From a virus (lineage: Duplodnaviria; Caudoviricetes), in the IMG/VR virus record IMGVR_UViG_3300033148_002141, positions 1 to 59,762 of that record: 59,762 bases of DNA; one strand, 5' to 3'. A model generated the notes under the pieces. That model was not told the origin of the DNA, did not search any database, and saw only the letters and a program-made list of their open reading frames with translations. A program made the position numbers and the translations under genes. Positions 8,628-18,627 of the stretch are shown here, one piece after another; position 1 is the stretch's first letter; each line of letters starts with the position of its first letter.

Positions 8628-9404
8628 ATGAATGATTTATCCCATCTATCACGCGAAGCATACGGTCATTTCCAAGAAGCCAATCACTTCCACGGCCAGG
8701 TGACCAAGCATGTCGGCGATGCAGTTGACTGCGCTCTACGGACCGGCCGGGCATTGCTGGCCGCGAAGAAGGCCGTGCCACATGGACGGTGGACAGCCGA
8801 ATGTGAGCGGCTCTTTCACGGCAGCGCCCGTACAGCCCGGTTCTACATGGAGTTCGCCAAACGGGTATCCGCCATTCCGCAATGGCAATCAGCCGCAATG
8901 ACCTTGCTCGAAGGAAGCCTGAAGGGTGCCGCCGAAGCCGCCAAACTTGTAGCCACGCAATCGCCGGCTGCATTGACACCGCCTATAGTGGGGGACGGCG
9001 AAATAGAGCCGGACACATCACCCGTGTCTGAAGCATCCCCGGAAACGCCCCCAGAATCGCCTGTGACGCGACCTTCCGAGAGCCGGCCCGACACACCACC
9101 CCCGCCTCCAAAGCCCGCCAGAGAGGCGCCTGAGGCCGATTACGGCAAATGTCCGAATTGCCTGAGTGCAGAGTGGGACGAAGACGAGTTTGGCGTCTCG
9201 TGTGCCAAGTGCCACCACCCTTGGGGGGAGCCGGCTGGCGATCCCGATGAAGATCGGGTGAAGATTCAGCGGTTGAAGACGATCAAAACCGTGGAGGCAA
9301 CAATGCGGGCGTTCGATGATTTGCAGTATTTGCAGGCCCGAGCTTGGCACAACGACGCAATTCGCCAGTGCAAAGCATTGTTGAAAATGGCCCAAGAGTG
9401 GTAG
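8628..9404 (+). CDS. DUF3102-like phage protein with Pro-rich linker and Zn ribbon
   Basis: ALRTGRALLAAKKAVPHGRW...SARTARFYM; CPNC...CAKC. Confidence 0.65.
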   Translation: MNDLSHLSREAYGHFQEANHFHGQVTKHVGDAVDCALRTGRALLAAKKAVPHGRWTAECERLFHGSARTARFYMEFAKRVSAIPQWQSAAMTLLEGSLKGAAEAAKLVATQSPAALTPPIVGDGEIEPDTSPVSEASPETPPESPVTRPSESRPDTPPPPPKPAREAPEADYGKCPNCLSAEWDEDEFGVSCAKCHHPWGEPAGDPDEDRVKIQRLKTIKTVEATMRAFDDLQYLQARAWHNDAIRQCKALLKMAQEW

Positions 9405-9406
9405 CC

Positions 9407-11002
9407 ATGGCCCAACAGGTAGAACTTCCCAGCTTGTACCCTCATCAAGAGGAGCAAAAGGACCGGCTCCGGGCCGCCCTGGCTGTGCACCGGCGGGCCA
9501 TTCTTTGCGCCCAAACGGGAGTCGGGAAAACCCGAGTATCGAAATGGATTCTCGGGGCATGTTTGAATCGGCCAGCTGGCGAACGAGCCAGCGGGCGATA
9601 CCTGTGGTGTGTTCACCGCCGGGGCCTGGTCGATAACGCCATCGCCTCATTCCAGGAAGAACCCGCCCTGCCCCACGGTGTAATCATGTCCGGCGAACCG
9701 ACGGCCTACGGGCGGAAAATACAGGTTGCGTCCATTGATTCCCTCTTGGCATGGTTCATTGATGAGAACGGTTACCGTACCGACATCACGTTCGACCTGG
9801 CCGTCATCGACGAAACCCACAGTCACCTGCAAAAATTCGCCCGATTCCTGAAATACCACGACGCCCAACGTGAAGCGATGGGCTTGCATCCCGCCTACGT
9901 AATCGGCCTGACGGCAACGCCGCAAGCCAAGGGGCTGGCGGACATCTACGGCACAATCGTCAAGGGGCAATCCACCCAGTGGCTGATCGACAATGGCTAC
10001 CTATGCCCCTTCCGCTATTTCGGAGCCACCCAAGGCAAGCTCGGTCTGCTCGTCAAGCGGGGCGGGGAGTTCACCAAGGCGTCTGAATCCGCCGCGATGG
10101 AATCTCTGGCTGGAAACCTTGTGGAGGATTGGAAGCGATTCGGCGAAGGGCGTCCGACTGTCGGGTTCTTTCCCCGACGCTCCCATGCCCGGGACGCCAT
10201 GCGGGCCTTTGCCGAGGCCGGATTGCGAGTGGAATACGTCGATGGGAATACGCCGGATGATGAACGCCGCCGCATCTTTCGTTGGCTGAATGAGCATCGA
10301 ATCGACTACCTCTGCAATGTCCAAGTGGTTGAACGAGGGACCGACATTCCCCGCATCGCCTGTATTCAGTTGTGTGTCGCTACCGCGTCTGTTGTCCGGT
10401 GCCGCCAGATGATCGGCCGAGGGAGCCGAGTCCATCCCGACAAGACGGATACTGTCATCATAGACCACGGCGGGAATATCGCCCGCTGCGGATTCTTCGA
10501 GGACGACCCCGATTGGACGCTCGACATCACCACGAAAGACCCGGGGGAAGCCAAGGCCCGGCCCACGATCGAATGTCCCAAGTGCCAGGCGATCTATCGG
10601 GGTGGGCGGTGCCGGAATTGCGGCTACGAACCCACCCCTGCTGAACGACGTGCGAGAGGGCTCCAATTCGATGGCTCGGCCCTGCGTGAACTCACCCCAG
10701 AGAAGCCGAAACCTGTTCGATCCGCCGAAGAATTGATGGTCAAGGCGCTCTACATGGCTGGAAGATCAGGCCGGACGTGGCGGCAGTGTTGCGGCATATT
10801 CCGGGGCATGAATCAGAGGCAGGGAACCAATTATCGCGTCCCCTCGATTGTCACCATAGGCGGACGCCGCTACAGAATGATTCGGTACGGCTCCCCCGAT
10901 GCCAACCGGCGGGTGTCGGCCGTGTATCCATTCACTCGCCGTAGAGGTGAGCATGGCGGCGAATACCTGATCGACGAACCTGTTGCAGCCGCGCCTTATT
11001 GA
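9407..11002 (+). CDS. SF2 (RadD/YejH-like) DNA helicase with C-terminal Zn finger
   Basis: Walker A AQTGVGKT, DETH, GLTATP, QMIGRGSR, CPKC..CRNC. Confidence 0.9.
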   Translation: MAQQVELPSLYPHQEEQKDRLRAALAVHRRAILCAQTGVGKTRVSKWILGACLNRPAGERASGRYLWCVHRRGLVDNAIASFQEEPALPHGVIMSGEPTAYGRKIQVASIDSLLAWFIDENGYRTDITFDLAVIDETHSHLQKFARFLKYHDAQREAMGLHPAYVIGLTATPQAKGLADIYGTIVKGQSTQWLIDNGYLCPFRYFGATQGKLGLLVKRGGEFTKASESAAMESLAGNLVEDWKRFGEGRPTVGFFPRRSHARDAMRAFAEAGLRVEYVDGNTPDDERRRIFRWLNEHRIDYLCNVQVVERGTDIPRIACIQLCVATASVVRCRQMIGRGSRVHPDKTDTVIIDHGGNIARCGFFEDDPDWTLDITTKDPGEAKARPTIECPKCQAIYRGGRCRNCGYEPTPAERRARGLQFDGSALRELTPEKPKPVRSAEELMVKALYMAGRSGRTWRQCCGIFRGMNQRQGTNYRVPSIVTIGGRRYRMIRYGSPDANRRVSAVYPFTRRRGEHGGEYLIDEPVAAAPY

Positions 11003-11019
11003 ACTCCGGAGGCACCCGA

Positions 11020-11322
11020 ATGGCTACCGAGTCAACTACACTGGCGAAGCAGATTGCAGCGTCTCTCGAAGATGTGCAGGCACTATTGGAAGACAACCGG
11101 CACCTCTCCATCGCATACTTGACGCGGCGTGTGCGTGATCTTGAGGCCGATTTGCGGGCCCATTTCCGCCAGACCCACTGCCCTTGCCAGGGTTTGATCG
11201 AATTGAAAGCGGCCGTCGAAAAGCTCCAGCACAGGATCGAGCAAGCGAAAGTCAAGTTTATGGAAATACGGCACGATGTCGATCGGTTACAGGAAGCCAC
11301 ATCCCGCCAATCGGGGGTATAA
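11020..11322 (+). CDS. hypothetical coiled-coil protein
   Basis: GGAGG SD before ATG 11020. Confidence 0.6.
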   Translation: MATESTTLAKQIAASLEDVQALLEDNRHLSIAYLTRRVRDLEADLRAHFRQTHCPCQGLIELKAAVEKLQHRIEQAKVKFMEIRHDVDRLQEATSRQSGV

Positions 11323-11323
11323 C

Positions 11324-11659
11324 ATGGCCAAGGCACCCATGCGCAAACTGGTGATACGCCTACCGGCTGCATTACGCACGGCACTTGCCAATACCGCCAA
11401 GGTGCGAGGCAAGTCAATGACTCAGCTTGTTGTCGAATTGATTGAGGCCGAAATTGCGCCTTACGCGAAATCTGTCCGCAATGTATTCACCGCAATCCGC
11501 GACACGGGCACCGAGGCCGATTTCAAGCCTCGCCCAGCCAGCCGGCCTACCACCGCACGGCAAGGCAGCCCCGAGAAGCTCCGCGTGATGATCGACCGGG
11601 CTGAACGCGGTGAAGAATTGTTCCACCCGGATGACGGCCCCCTGGATTCGTCTGGATAA
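11324..11659 (+). CDS. ribbon-helix-helix protein fused to a PTxAxxGSPEK...LFHPDD motif domain
   Basis: N-terminal KLVIRLPAALRTAL...GKSMTQLV is RHH-like; the C-terminal motif is one I recall from Planctomycetes proteins. Confidence 0.65.
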   Translation: MAKAPMRKLVIRLPAALRTALANTAKVRGKSMTQLVVELIEAEIAPYAKSVRNVFTAIRDTGTEADFKPRPASRPTTARQGSPEKLRVMIDRAERGEELFHPDDGPLDSSG

Positions 11660-11670
11660 GGAAGCCACAC

Positions 11671-12243
11671 ATGCTCACCCTAAACGAGATTCTCGCCCAA
11701 TTACATGTGTGTAGCGAAGCCCGCCAGTGGGCCGCCACACAACCGGACGCCCGAACGGCATGGTGCAATTGCCCGCGCGGCGACTGGCTGCTACGGGGGG
11801 CGGTCATGCTTGGCATTGAGCACAAGACAATCATTGCCGCAGCTTGTGATTGCGCGGAGCTTGCTTTGCCTTATGTCGCTAAAGGCGAAGATCGTCCGCA
11901 GAAGACCGTCGATATAATACGCGCATGGCTTGTAGGCGAAGCGACACTGGATGAGGTGCGTACTGCCGCCCGGGCTGCCGACGCCGCCTGGGCCGCCTGG
12001 GCCGCCGAAACTCCCGCCGCCGCCCGGGCCGCCCGGGCCGCTGCCGCCGCCGCCCGGGCCGCCTGGGCCGCCGAAGCCGCTACTGCCGCCCCTGCCTCCG
12101 CTGCTGCCGCCGCCTGGATCGTCGCTACCGCTCGGGCCGACGCTAGAAGCGGCACGCTCAAGCAATGCGCCGACATCGTACGTTCGCGCATAACTTGGGA
12201 GCATATTGCCGAAGCGGTGAACCAAAAGTGCCTGACTCATTAG
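11671..12243 (+). CDS. Imm5-like, Ala-rich helical repeat protein (paralog 1)
   Basis: N-cap LHVCSEARQW...CPRGDWL; ACDCAE.AL..DRP....RAWL.GEATLDE; Ala-rich repeats; KQCADIVR C-cap. Confidence 0.75.
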   Translation: MLTLNEILAQLHVCSEARQWAATQPDARTAWCNCPRGDWLLRGAVMLGIEHKTIIAAACDCAELALPYVAKGEDRPQKTVDIIRAWLVGEATLDEVRTAARAADAAWAAWAAETPAAARAARAAAAAARAAWAAEAATAAPASAAAAAWIVATARADARSGTLKQCADIVRSRITWEHIAEAVNQKCLTH

Positions 12244-12254
12244 GAATCGCTCAC

Positions 12255-12824
12255 ATGCTCACCCTAAACGAGATTCTCGACCAATTACATGTGTGTAGCG
12301 AAGCCCGCCAGTGGGCCGCCACACAACCGGACGCCCGAACGGCGTGGTGCAATTGCCCGCGCGGTGATCGGTTGATTTGGCTGGCGGGTATGCTCGGCAT
12401 TGATCGCAAGACAATTGCTGCCGCAGTTTGTGATTGCGTCGAATTGGCGTTGCCATTCGTGATTAAACACAACGAGCGCCCACGGAACGCCATCACTGTG
12501 ACGCGGGCGCGGCTTGCAGGCGAGGCAACACTGGAGGATTTACGGGCCGCCGCCGCTGCCGCCGACGATGCCGCCGACGCTGCCTGGGCCAAAGCCGCCT
12601 GGGCCGACGCTGCCTGGGCCAAAGCCGCCTCGGCCGCCGCCGCTGCCGCCGAAGACGTCACCTGGACCGCCGCCTCGGCTACTGCCGCCGTTGCCTGGAC
12701 CGTTGCCGCCGCTCCGGCTGATGCTAGAAGCGACGTACTTAAGCAATGCGCTGACATCGTGCGGTCGCGAATCACGTGGGAGCAGATTGCAGACGGAATT
12801 GAGAACACCTTTCCTTCAGCCTGA
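12255..12824 (+). CDS. Imm5-like, Ala-rich helical repeat protein (paralog 2)
   Basis: First ~110 nt nearly identical to the 11671 gene; 30-nt internal tandem repeat at 12573-12631. Confidence 0.75.
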   Translation: MLTLNEILDQLHVCSEARQWAATQPDARTAWCNCPRGDRLIWLAGMLGIDRKTIAAAVCDCVELALPFVIKHNERPRNAITVTRARLAGEATLEDLRAAAAAADDAADAAWAKAAWADAAWAKAASAAAAAAEDVTWTAASATAAVAWTVAAAPADARSDVLKQCADIVRSRITWEQIADGIENTFPSA

Positions 12825-12837
12825 CGGGAACAATACG

Positions 12838-13101
12838 ATGTGCAATGATTCCACAAATGAAGTCACTATGCTTCTGGATATTACTCGTGACTTCATCTGC
12901 ACATATGGTGGACCGACGAATGTGTGTGCGAGCGGCGATAGACTTGGTGACGCGCTGGAAGATGGCGAATGCCGCCGCTTCTTGACGGACATTGCTGCAA
13001 GCGAGGACAGTGCCAGGCAACTTTGTGCGACGGCATTGCTGGGATTGAGTCTCGCCATGCTCGTGATTGAATTCGATGCAGAACACGCGGAGGCGAATTG
13101 A
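12838..13101 (+). CDS. hypothetical protein, C-terminal paralog of 16575-16841
   Basis: DGEC..FL...A....A.QLCA.ALLGL....AEAN* shared. Confidence 0.65.
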   Translation: MCNDSTNEVTMLLDITRDFICTYGGPTNVCASGDRLGDALEDGECRRFLTDIAASEDSARQLCATALLGLSLAMLVIEFDAEHAEAN

Positions 13102-13166
13102 TGGGCACGAAGACGCCTTGCGATTACGACTGACCACTCGCCTTGGTCCTAAAGGAGACCTCAGCT

Positions 13167-13925
13167 ATGTGCAATTTTTTGAGTGCCATTGTTATCAAGC
13201 CGAAACCCGGCGATTCGCCCGAGGTCTATTGCGATCCGGAACATACGGATTCGCATGAAGACCTAATCGCCAATCGGGGGTTGGCCGACAACGGCCGGGG
13301 AGGATTCGTGCGGGTCGAGCTAACGTTATCCAGCCTCGACTATGCCGACCTGGAAGCCTACACGTTGCGGATCGACTGCCTGCACAGGCCCGAATGGTTC
13401 GACGAACAAGCCGGCGCGCGAGTCGAACATATCCTCCGTGGGTGCATCAAGCGAATGCTCGTGGACGATCAGCGCGATATGTTATTGGGGGGCTGCTGGA
13501 TTTTACACAACGCGGCCCATATTAAGCGAGTACACAACGCTCGAATCGTGGCCATGCAAGATTCGGCACGCATCGGCGAAGTGCGTGGCGTGGCTTGGAT
13601 CGACAGGATGCTGGATTCCGCTCGGATCGAGAGGATGCTGGACTCGACTCGAATTGGCGCGATGTGGGATTCGGCGCGGGTAGACAGGATGCTGGGCTCG
13701 GCGCGGGTCGATAGGATGTTGCACTTGGCTCAGGTCGGTGAGATGTGGGGCTCGGCGCGGGTCCGCGAGATGCTGGACTCGGCGCGGATCGGCGAGATGT
13801 GGGACTCGACTCGGATCGACAGGATGCGTGACTTAACTCGGATCGACAGGATGCTGGATTCGGCTCGGGTCGTTGCCATGCACAATTCAGCGCGCATAGC
13901 AAACTATCGCCCTTGGCGCGGGTAG
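13167..13925 (+). CDS. beta-helix-like protein with 9-aa repeats (MLDSARIDR)
   Basis: AAGGAG SD; N-domain MCNFLSAIV...DSHEDLI...VRVE; ~13 nonamer repeats. Confidence 0.75.
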   Translation: MCNFLSAIVIKPKPGDSPEVYCDPEHTDSHEDLIANRGLADNGRGGFVRVELTLSSLDYADLEAYTLRIDCLHRPEWFDEQAGARVEHILRGCIKRMLVDDQRDMLLGGCWILHNAAHIKRVHNARIVAMQDSARIGEVRGVAWIDRMLDSARIERMLDSTRIGAMWDSARVDRMLGSARVDRMLHLAQVGEMWGSARVREMLDSARIGEMWDSTRIDRMRDLTRIDRMLDSARVVAMHNSARIANYRPWRG

Positions 13926-13985
13926 GTGGCATACCGGAAAGCACACACTAAAGGTTGCGAGCACCATTCTAAATTAGGAGACGCG

Positions 13986-14246
13986 ATGTTCCGAATGGCG
14001 CAAATCTGTACCTCTGGCGAATGCGGTGGAAGCTGCTACAAATGCCGCTGCGCCAAGCTGGAGGAACTCGGCCAGCAATTACAGGCCGAGCTTGCTGAAC
14101 TGGAAGCCGCCGTAGCGGCCATGCGGGACTGTCAACAGGAATACTTCCGCATCCGCAGTCGGGCCGCTTTGATCGAAAGCAAGGCTGCCGAAAAGCGGGT
14201 GGACGCTATTCTTCGACAGAAACGCGAGCCGTCGCTGTTTGATTGA
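13986..14246 (+). CDS. chimeric small Cys-rich / coiled-coil protein
   Basis: N-half matches the 16841 gene (QICT.GECGG.CYKCRC); C-half matches the 23187 gene (MRDCQ.EY...AE..VD.ILR). Confidence 0.7.
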   Translation: MFRMAQICTSGECGGSCYKCRCAKLEELGQQLQAELAELEAAVAAMRDCQQEYFRIRSRAALIESKAAEKRVDAILRQKREPSLFD

Positions 14247-14288
14247 TTGCACATCACACACACCCCTTTTTGGTGGAGGCTATTTGTC

Positions 14289-14594
14289 ATGCCTGAATTG
14301 CCTATTGATCCCCCCATCCGCGATTACGAGGAACGCGAAGCCGAAATCGAGGCCGAGGAAGAGGACGCTTATCGCCGCGCTGATTGGGCGTACCACGAGG
14401 AATGCAAGGCGGAAGACCCGCCGTCCTATTCGGCGCTTCGCCAAGCGCTCACCTTGGCTGCGGACCTTAACGGCCGGATTGCCTATGGAGCCGCACCGAC
14501 GGCCCAGCCGGAACGATATGGATATTACATCGACGGCGAATACTGCGGCCCGGATTTGAGAAACGCTCTACTACGAGCAGCGAAAAACACGTGA
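14289..14594 (+). CDS. hypothetical protein, C-terminal paralog of 15179-15403
   Basis: GGAGG SD; ALTLAA...RIAYGAAP...ERYGYYIDGEYCGPDL shared. Confidence 0.7.
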   Translation: MPELPIDPPIRDYEEREAEIEAEEEDAYRRADWAYHEECKAEDPPSYSALRQALTLAADLNGRIAYGAAPTAQPERYGYYIDGEYCGPDLRNALLRAAKNT

Positions 14595-14629
14595 TGGGTG
14601 ACTTTGCCCACTTCAAGAAGGAGAACCCA

Positions 14630-15163
14630 ATGGCAACCGTAACGAAGAGTACGATCGAGGACGTCCTAAGTACACACGTGGCATGGCTGCGAGGGAGTCC
14701 CCATGGAGTAATGGCCGATTTGCGAAACGCCGATCTGCCAAACGTCGATCTGCGAACCGCCGATCTGCAAAGTGCCGATCTGCGAAACGCCGATCTGCAA
14801 GGAGCCGATTTGCAAACCGCCGATTTGCATAATGCCGATGTGCGATTCACCGATCTGCACAATGCTGATCTGCGAAACGCCGATTTGCATAATGCTGATC
14901 TGCGAAACGCCAACCTACGACGCGCCGCTCTACGCAACGCCAACCTGCAACACGCCGATCTGCAACACGCTGATCTGCGAAACGCCGATCTGCAACACGC
15001 CGATCTGCGAAACGCCACTTTGCAAGGCGCTAATTTGCAAGATGCAGATCTGCGGTTTGCAGATTTGACAAGGACGTCCCTGTGTGGCGCGAACTTCGAT
15101 GGGGCGATAATTATGTATCGTGGTCATGTGGTACGGATTCAATTTCATGTCGTGGATGCCTGA
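14630..15163 (+). CDS. pentapeptide repeat protein (A[D/N]Lxx)
   Basis: H..WL.G...G..ADL N-cap followed by >20 ADLRN/ADLQH repeats. Confidence 0.92.
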   Translation: MATVTKSTIEDVLSTHVAWLRGSPHGVMADLRNADLPNVDLRTADLQSADLRNADLQGADLQTADLHNADVRFTDLHNADLRNADLHNADLRNANLRRAALRNANLQHADLQHADLRNADLQHADLRNATLQGANLQDADLRFADLTRTSLCGANFDGAIIMYRGHVVRIQFHVVDA

Positions 15164-15178
15164 TGGTTGGGAGACGTG

Positions 15179-15403
15179 ATGTCCAAGACGATAGACATCT
15201 GCTGTCGTAGGCTGGCACAACGCAATAAGGAGCTTCGCCGAGCGCTCACCTTGGCTGCGGAACTCATCGCTCGGCCAGAGCGGATTGCCTACGGAGCCGC
15301 GCCAATACGCCACGCGGAACGATACGGATACTACATCGACGGCGAATACTGCGGCCCGGATTTGAAGGAAGCCCTGTTAAGGGCAACAACAGACACCCGA
15401 TGA
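15179..15403 (+). CDS. hypothetical protein, paralog of 14289-14594
   Basis: Shared C-terminal ~45 aa; overlaps the MTase start (ATGA). Confidence 0.7.
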   Translation: MSKTIDICCRRLAQRNKELRRALTLAAELIARPERIAYGAAPIRHAERYGYYIDGEYCGPDLKEALLRATTDTR

Positions 15404-16341
15404 AGATCAAAGCCATTGCCCCCTGGTTCGGTGCGAAGCGGACGATCGTGAAGCGAATCGTCGAGGAGATCGGACGTCCCAAGGCGTTCTGGGATTCGAT
15501 GGCCGGTTCACTGTCCGTGACTCTGGCGATGGAGCCGTGCCAGATGGAAACGGTCAACGACCTGCATGGCGACGTAATCAATCTGGGCCGGGTGCTGGCA
15601 TCGGACGCTTGCAAAGACCTGTATGCCCGACTTCAACGCACGCTTATGTGTGATGAACTGTTTTTGGAAGCGAAGGCGATTTGTTGCGAGACGCCATGTG
15701 ACGTGGCCCCGTCGATCCGCGAAGTCAAGCCTTCGCATGTGGAGCGGGCCTTCTACTACATGATTCTCTCTTGGCAGGGCCGCAACGGCGCGGCGGGGAC
15801 CGGCCCGGGAAACCTCACGCCAGTTAGGCGATACACGAGCAACGGTGGTCCGAGCGGCCGGCGGTGGCTCTCGGCTGTCGAGTCCATACCGGCGTGGCAT
15901 CAGCGCTTGCGCGCGGTGGACTTCATGAATGTGGATGCGTTCGATTTGCTGGATCGAGTCGAGGACAAGCAGGGCACCGTGGTGTACAACGACCCGCCCT
16001 ACATCCGCAAGGGGGCGAAGTACGTCTACGATTTTGTCCAGGAGGTATCAATCGAAGAGGCGTTGGCGGATGGTGGCGGTGAGAAAGAAGGCAAACGGAA
16101 CGATCACGTCCGCCTGGCGATTCATCTTCGGCGGTTTCGCAAAACGCGCGTGATCGTGAGTTACTACGACGAACCGGAATTGGACTTGCTCTATCCGGGG
16201 TGGACGAAGCGGCGGCTGGACGTGACGAAAAGCCTAGTTAATCAAGGTATGCGGGATCGGCGTGGCCAGATCGTGAAGACGCCGGAAGTCCTGCTAATTA
16301 ACGGCCCTAGCTACGTGGCCGAACGCTTATTGTTCGATTGA
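15400..16341 (+). CDS. Dam-like (D12 class) DNA N6-adenine methyltransferase
   Basis: PWFGAK, AGSLSV, ETVNDL..DVIN, DPPY. Confidence 0.9.
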   Translation: MKIKAIAPWFGAKRTIVKRIVEEIGRPKAFWDSMAGSLSVTLAMEPCQMETVNDLHGDVINLGRVLASDACKDLYARLQRTLMCDELFLEAKAICCETPCDVAPSIREVKPSHVERAFYYMILSWQGRNGAAGTGPGNLTPVRRYTSNGGPSGRRWLSAVESIPAWHQRLRAVDFMNVDAFDLLDRVEDKQGTVVYNDPPYIRKGAKYVYDFVQEVSIEEALADGGGEKEGKRNDHVRLAIHLRRFRKTRVIVSYYDEPELDLLYPGWTKRRLDVTKSLVNQGMRDRRGQIVKTPEVLLINGPSYVAERLLFD

Positions 16342-16574
16342 GGAGCACATACCTGGAAGACCACTAATACTTACACCCGATGCTGTTGGACCACAGAGCC
16401 TGTCTGCTGTCTGGCGCAGTTATCATAAGACACTCCGGTTATCATGTCAGCCTACGCGAGCCGGAATAGTGCCGGCAGATAAACGCACGGGATTAGGCGC
16501 CGTTTGGGGCTTCCGTGCTGCGGTTCGATTCCATAGCGTGTCACTTTAGGAACCAATAAAAGGAGGATTGCCCG

Positions 16575-16841
16575 ATGAGCGAACGGAAAACATCCACGAT
16601 GCGGAACATGCTCGAAGAGCACATACGCGGCTTCGTCCGGAAGAGCGGTGGACGGAAGAAAGTGATTGAAGCGCGCGACGCTATCCAACGTGAGGCGCGG
16701 GACGGCGAGTGCCACTTGTTCCTGGCAAGAATGGCCGAGAGCAAGGTGGGGGCCAAGCAGCTTTGCGCGGCGGCGCTGCTCGGCCTAATTGTTGCCTCGA
16801 TTGTGGCCGAGTCCGATGCGCGGCGTGCGGAGGCGAATTGA
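16575..16841 (+). CDS. hypothetical protein, paralog of 12838-13101
   Basis: AGGAGG SD; shared C-terminal half and identical junction GCGGAGGCGAATTGATGGGCA. Confidence 0.7.
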   Translation: MSERKTSTMRNMLEEHIRGFVRKSGGRKKVIEARDAIQREARDGECHLFLARMAESKVGAKQLCAAALLGLIVASIVAESDARRAEAN

Positions 16842-17224
16842 TGGGCAAAACAGTACAAATCTGCACCGCCGGCGAGTGCGGCGGAGAATGTTACAAATGC
16901 CGCTGCGACAGGCTGGTAGAGCAGAACCAGCAATTGCAGACTCAGTTTGACGATTTGTACACCGCAGTAACCATCACGGCAGATTGGTCACAGATCATTG
17001 ACCGTCGCAACGAACTTCTGCTTCTGAAAGAAACAACGCGCCTCACTTCGGCTCAAGCGGCTGAATTGGACAATCTTGAGCGGTCCGCAGACATCCTGTT
17101 AAGGCTTCTCTGGCATGAAATGTGTTTCTGCTTTGATGCGGGCGTGCTCCGCCCGCATTGTCGAGTGGTACGACGAGCCGACGCGGGCCGCGGAATTGAT
17201 ACGCGAATCGGGAGCGGACATTGA
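16841..17224 (+). CDS. chimeric hypothetical protein
   Basis: N-terminus like the 13986 gene; middle (RRNELL...LTSAQAAELDNLER) like the 19588 gene; 3' part overlaps an alternative-frame ORF 17115-17288. Confidence 0.55.
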   Translation: MGKTVQICTAGECGGECYKCRCDRLVEQNQQLQTQFDDLYTAVTITADWSQIIDRRNELLLLKETTRLTSAQAAELDNLERSADILLRLLWHEMCFCFDAGVLRPHCRVVRRADAGRGIDTRIGSGH

Positions 17225-17288
17225 ATTGGCGGATGAGATCGACGCCCCATTCACTGACAAGATCGTCGCCGAATTCGAAGGAGGCTAA

Positions 17289-17493
17289 ATGTTCTGCGAA
17301 CAATGCGGAACCGAATTCGATGACCCCAGCGACCTCGCCGAATGCCCGCGAATGCGGTCTCCGGATTTGCTACTGGTGCGCACACGAGGACGATTTGTAC
17401 TATTGGGTGTGCGACTTTTGCGATCAGCACCTGAAGGCCGTGGCTTACCGGCGACGATCGGCCAGCGGCGGCGATGAACTGGATGAATGGTGA
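17289..17493 (+). pseudogene. Cys-rich zinc-finger gene with a +1 frameshift at 17349
   Basis: MFCEQCG...AECP + extra C + ECGLRICYWC...CDFC; removing C17349 restores a CxxC pair. Confidence 0.6.
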
Positions 17494-17587
17494 TAGCTAC
17501 TTCGACAGGTGGTGGTATGTATCGCCGGGACCGTTCGGACGGTTCCAGGCCGCGTTGCGGTGACTTTCGTAAAACAGGAGAAACGCG

Positions 17588-18085
17588 ATGTCGTGGAGAA
17601 GTTATCAGCGAGCCGCCGAGTGCGGACCGGTGCGGTTGTTCTTCCAAGTGCTGCCCGCCCTATTGGTTGTGGCAGCCGCGGCGGGCACCGCGATCTATCT
17701 CGCCGGGTGGTTCGGCGAAGGCGCGGCCGTGATGCGGGAGGAGTTCGGGCCGCGGGAGCTTCTGCGGAAGTACGAGTGGTTCAAGGACGCGGCCGCGCAG
17801 TGCGACGCCAAGCTGGCGAGCCTGCGGGCCTACGATGCCCGGCAAAGGGCGATCATCGAGTCGTACGAAGGCGCGAAGCGGTCCGAGTGGTCCCGGGCGG
17901 ATACCGAGCAATTCAATCTCTGGGAATCGGAGAAGGCCGGCATCAAGGCGAGCTACAATCAGTTGGCCGCTGAGTACAACGCCCAGATGGCAAAGTTCAA
18001 TTGGCGATTTTGCGAGGCAGGCCGGTTGCCTGAGGGAGCAACTGAGCCGCTGCCCCGCGAGTTCAAACCCTACGTGGAGGAATGA
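17588..18085 (+). CDS. membrane-anchored coiled-coil protein
   Basis: AGGAG SD; N-terminal TM segment; KYEWFKD...YNQLAAEYNAQM. Confidence 0.75.
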   Translation: MSWRSYQRAAECGPVRLFFQVLPALLVVAAAAGTAIYLAGWFGEGAAVMREEFGPRELLRKYEWFKDAAAQCDAKLASLRAYDARQRAIIESYEGAKRSEWSRADTEQFNLWESEKAGIKASYNQLAAEYNAQMAKFNWRFCEAGRLPEGATEPLPREFKPYVEE

Positions 18086-18627
18086 TTATGCGGCGAAATC
18101 GAATGTTGATTGGAATCTCGCCAGGTACGGCGATGGGCGTTATTGCGGCGCTGCTGCTTGCGCCGGCCTTGACCGGTTGCGGGGGAAAGTCGCCCAGTAG
18201 CGGCATCGGCGAAGTGTCGGCGGACATAGAAGTCAATGCCGAGGGGCGTACCTTCGAACAGGAGAACATCAAGCGGCGCCTGGAATTGGAAAACGCGCCC
18301 GGCAGCATCAAGCACCTGTATGTCTTTTCGGCCTACAGCGGACAAGCGATTTTCTATTCTACCGTCGCGGGAAAGGTAACCAGCAGCGGCAAACGGCTGA
18401 CTAACCCGATGACGTTGAAGCGAGGTTGCCTGGGGGGCGAATACGTCCTACCAGCTCTCGGGGAGGACGGAACCTACGGCAGCAGCATCCCATACCTTTA
18501 CTGGTTCGACGCGAAAGGCATCTACCACCAGCACTACGTTACAGGTGGGCAGATCGTCCATCTATCCGATCAGCCCATTGCCGTCAAGAGCGTGATCCTG
18601 AATCTGGAGATTTCTGAGGAGCCATAA
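18082..18627 (+). CDS. putative lipoprotein
   Basis: Hydrophobic signal ending LTGC lipobox; coupled to the upstream gene. Confidence 0.75.
   Translation: MIMRRNRMLIGISPGTAMGVIAALLLAPALTGCGGKSPSSGIGEVSADIEVNAEGRTFEQENIKRRLELENAPGSIKHLYVFSAYSGQAIFYSTVAGKVTSSGKRLTNPMTLKRGCLGGEYVLPALGEDGTYGSSIPYLYWFDAKGIYHQHYVTGGQIVHLSDQPIAVKSVILNLEISEEP

Noticed and set aside
11951-12830. Collagen-like Pro/Gly ORFs (11951-12193, 5' part of 12514-13101)
   Set aside because: Alternative-frame readings of GCC-rich Ala codons in the Imm5-like genes
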